Source: a virus (Duplodnaviria; Caudoviricetes). Taken from it: DNA of 64,000 nucleotides. Of this stretch, positions 62,337-64,000 are shown one piece after another. A model generated the notes under the pieces. It had not been told where the DNA came from. It was given only the letters and a program-made list of their open reading frames with translations, and did no database searches. The stretch lies in the IMG/VR virus record IMGVR_UViG_3300045594_000145, positions 1 to 64,000 of that record; one strand, written 5' to 3'. The position numbers were made by a program, and so were the translations under genes. Position 1 is the first letter of the stretch, and each line of letters starts with the position of its first letter.

Positions 62337-62996
62337 TCAATCCTTGTGGTGAGTCATCTTCACAGATCCGAATGGGTACTTCCCATTTACCATTGCGTAG
62401 CCGCACTGAGAACCAGCAACAGAGAGCGCAACGAATAACTCAGGATTTTCTCTCAGTACATTCTCAAGTGCCATGCATCTGAGTTCAACATCGGTAGGTG
62501 AAGTAGGAACTGGCTTGCCCTCTGCATCTTTAGCAAGTCCGCGTCTCTTAATTTCCTTGGTAACCACCTTCGGAGTCTTATGCTTTGCTAACTTAATGGT
62601 CAGCTGCTTGCCATCTGGCAAGTTGTACTCAAGAGTTGATTCATCTTCTGCAACAAGCTCGCCGAATAAGAACTTGTATTCAGCTTCAATACGTTCCGCA
62701 ATGAACTTAGTGCGGGACGCTTGATCTGCCTTAGTCTTTGCGGTTACTTCCTTAGACACCTTGGTTGGCATTGCTAAACCAAGCAGACGAGTTGACTTAT
62801 AGAATAATTCATCAACCTTCTCCTTCTTCATGCCGCAGTGGTCGATGAGGTAAGCTTTGGTGTCTTCATCCTTGTCGCAATACTTAGTATCAAAGACATA
62901 TAACTCCTGCGCCTCATCATCAGTGCATCTATAAGCCTTCTTGTAGCGCGTAATCATCTTTTCTTTCTCACTCTGGACAGTAGTGTTCTTTAACAT
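62337..62996 (-). CDS. Hypothetical protein
   Basis: RBS and own promoter. Confidence 0.65.
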   Translation of the reverse strand: MLKNTTVQSEKEKMITRYKKAYRCTDDEAQELYVFDTKYCDKDEDTKAYLIDHCGMKKEKVDELFYKSTRLLGLAMPTKVSKEVTAKTKADQASRTKFIAERIEAEYKFLFGELVAEDESTLEYNLPDGKQLTIKLAKHKTPKVVTKEIKRRGLAKDAEGKPVPTSPTDVELRCMALENVLRENPELFVALSVAGSQCGYAMVNGKYPFGSVKMTHHKD

Positions 62997-63061
62997 AACT
63001 TACCCCTTTCTTATCTTACACATATATTATACCACGGAACCCTGAAGATGTCAACAATGAC

Positions 63062-63259
63062 TTACTCAGAAATTCTCTTCCAAGAGACAATCTCGCAACC
63101 GTGGAACCCATCAGTGGAGTATGAACTTGAACCCCAGATCTTAAAGCATTCTCCTTCGACCTCTGTCATGGAATTGACTTTTACAGTCACAATTTCTGCA
63201 GCATTGCGGTTCACGTAAGGAGTGTGCCGAACTGTTACTTCGTATTTTTTATTTTCCAT
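63062..63259 (-). CDS. Hypothetical protein
   Basis: RBS and own promoter. Confidence 0.55.
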   Translation of the reverse strand: MENKKYEVTVRHTPYVNRNAAEIVTVKVNSMTEVEGECFKIWGSSSYSTDGFHGCEIVSWKRISE

Positions 63260-63630
63260 TTTTACATCTCTCTTTCTTTATATATATATTATATCATATT
63301 CTGGGGTAAAGTTCAATAGACAATTGTGAGGGAGTGTATAGTGGGATCCTGAAAGTGAAAATTTTGACTTGTCAATAGACAGATATAGTAAAGTGTCTAT
63401 TGACAGTTTACGGGATCCGTGCTTTGGGGAAATGTTGATATACAAATTGTGTAAAATGCCTATTGACAACTCGCGAAAAGTGCCGCCGGCTAGCGGTGGC
63501 TGATTGAAAAGTCAAATAGAAAATTTTTTACATTATTTTATTTTTGTTTCTGAAAATTTTTCATTCGCCGCAACTTTCTTTACATTTCTTTCTGAAACAA
63601 TTTTCATGAAAATGTAAATAAAAAGAAAGC

Positions 63631-63840
63631 TTACGCTTTCTTTTCATATCTTTCAACGCCACGCTTCGGAGCAATTGGTTTTAACTGTACATCAAACTTT
63701 TCAAGATGAATTACCATGGTGCCTTCAGTAAAACCGTATTCCATGCCATCATCAAATTTAATGCCATTTGCTTCCAACATCTTTGAAACCATTGCCATAA
63801 CTTCATTTTTTGCTACAACCTTTTCATCAACCTTTTTCAT
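63631..63840 (-). CDS. Hypothetical protein
   Basis: RBS and own promoter. Confidence 0.55.
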   Translation of the reverse strand: MKKVDEKVVAKNEVMAMVSKMLEANGIKFDDGMEYGFTEGTMVIHLEKFDVQLKPIAPKRGVERYEKKA

Positions 63841-64000
63841 ATTCTCTCTTATCTCTCTTTCTACATATAGTATATATCAGATTGGGCGGAATGTCAAGAC
63901 TTATTTTTGAAATTCTTTATAAATCTTTTCAGTGCTGTTGTAAATCTGGTCGAGTGCATTTTCCATAAATTCGCAAATCTGTTCATCAATCACTTCAGCT

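Noticed and set aside
1-64000. Stop-codon recoding (theta ribozymes often accompany amber-recoded phages)
   Set aside because: Long genes read intact in code 11, pflB and others end at TAG in the expected place, no suppressor tRNA seen; gene breaks are explained by introns

Overview
64 kb of a large, AT-rich Firmicutes-type (sigmaA promoters, anaerobic metabolism genes) tailed phage genome, almost entirely encoded on the minus strand. From left to right: a collagen-repeat tail fibre gene (runs off the left edge); a nucleotide-metabolism block (RuvC-like nuclease, dUTPase, frameshifted nrdG, a complete pyruvate formate-lyase, nrdD, guanylate kinase); a replication block (DnaE, RecD-like helicase, RecJ, primase, DnaB, AAA/Sak4-like, putative SSB, ligase, GyrA/GyrB, RNase H, PIN-PhoH, ClpP, DEDDh exonuclease) in which dnaE (2), the AAA gene (1) and gyrB (3) are split by six group I introns, one carrying a GIY-YIG endonuclease; a ~1 kb ROOL-like noncoding transcript; a cluster of ~23 tRNA genes plus tRNA-like RNAs lacking the anticodon arm; and an early-type region of short, individually promoted ORFs (RNA ligase, HigA-like antitoxin, RtcB fragment, kinase-like, wHTH paralogues). 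The most unexpected signal is seven minimal HDV-like ribozyme folds, none directly 3' of a tRNA: six punctuate the mostly noncoding 59.2-61.2 kb region and one sits near the 5' end of the ROOL-like transcript, suggesting ribozyme-driven processing of long noncoding transcripts into discrete small RNAs. All calls are by eye from motifs and base pairing; no database searches or folding programs were run.
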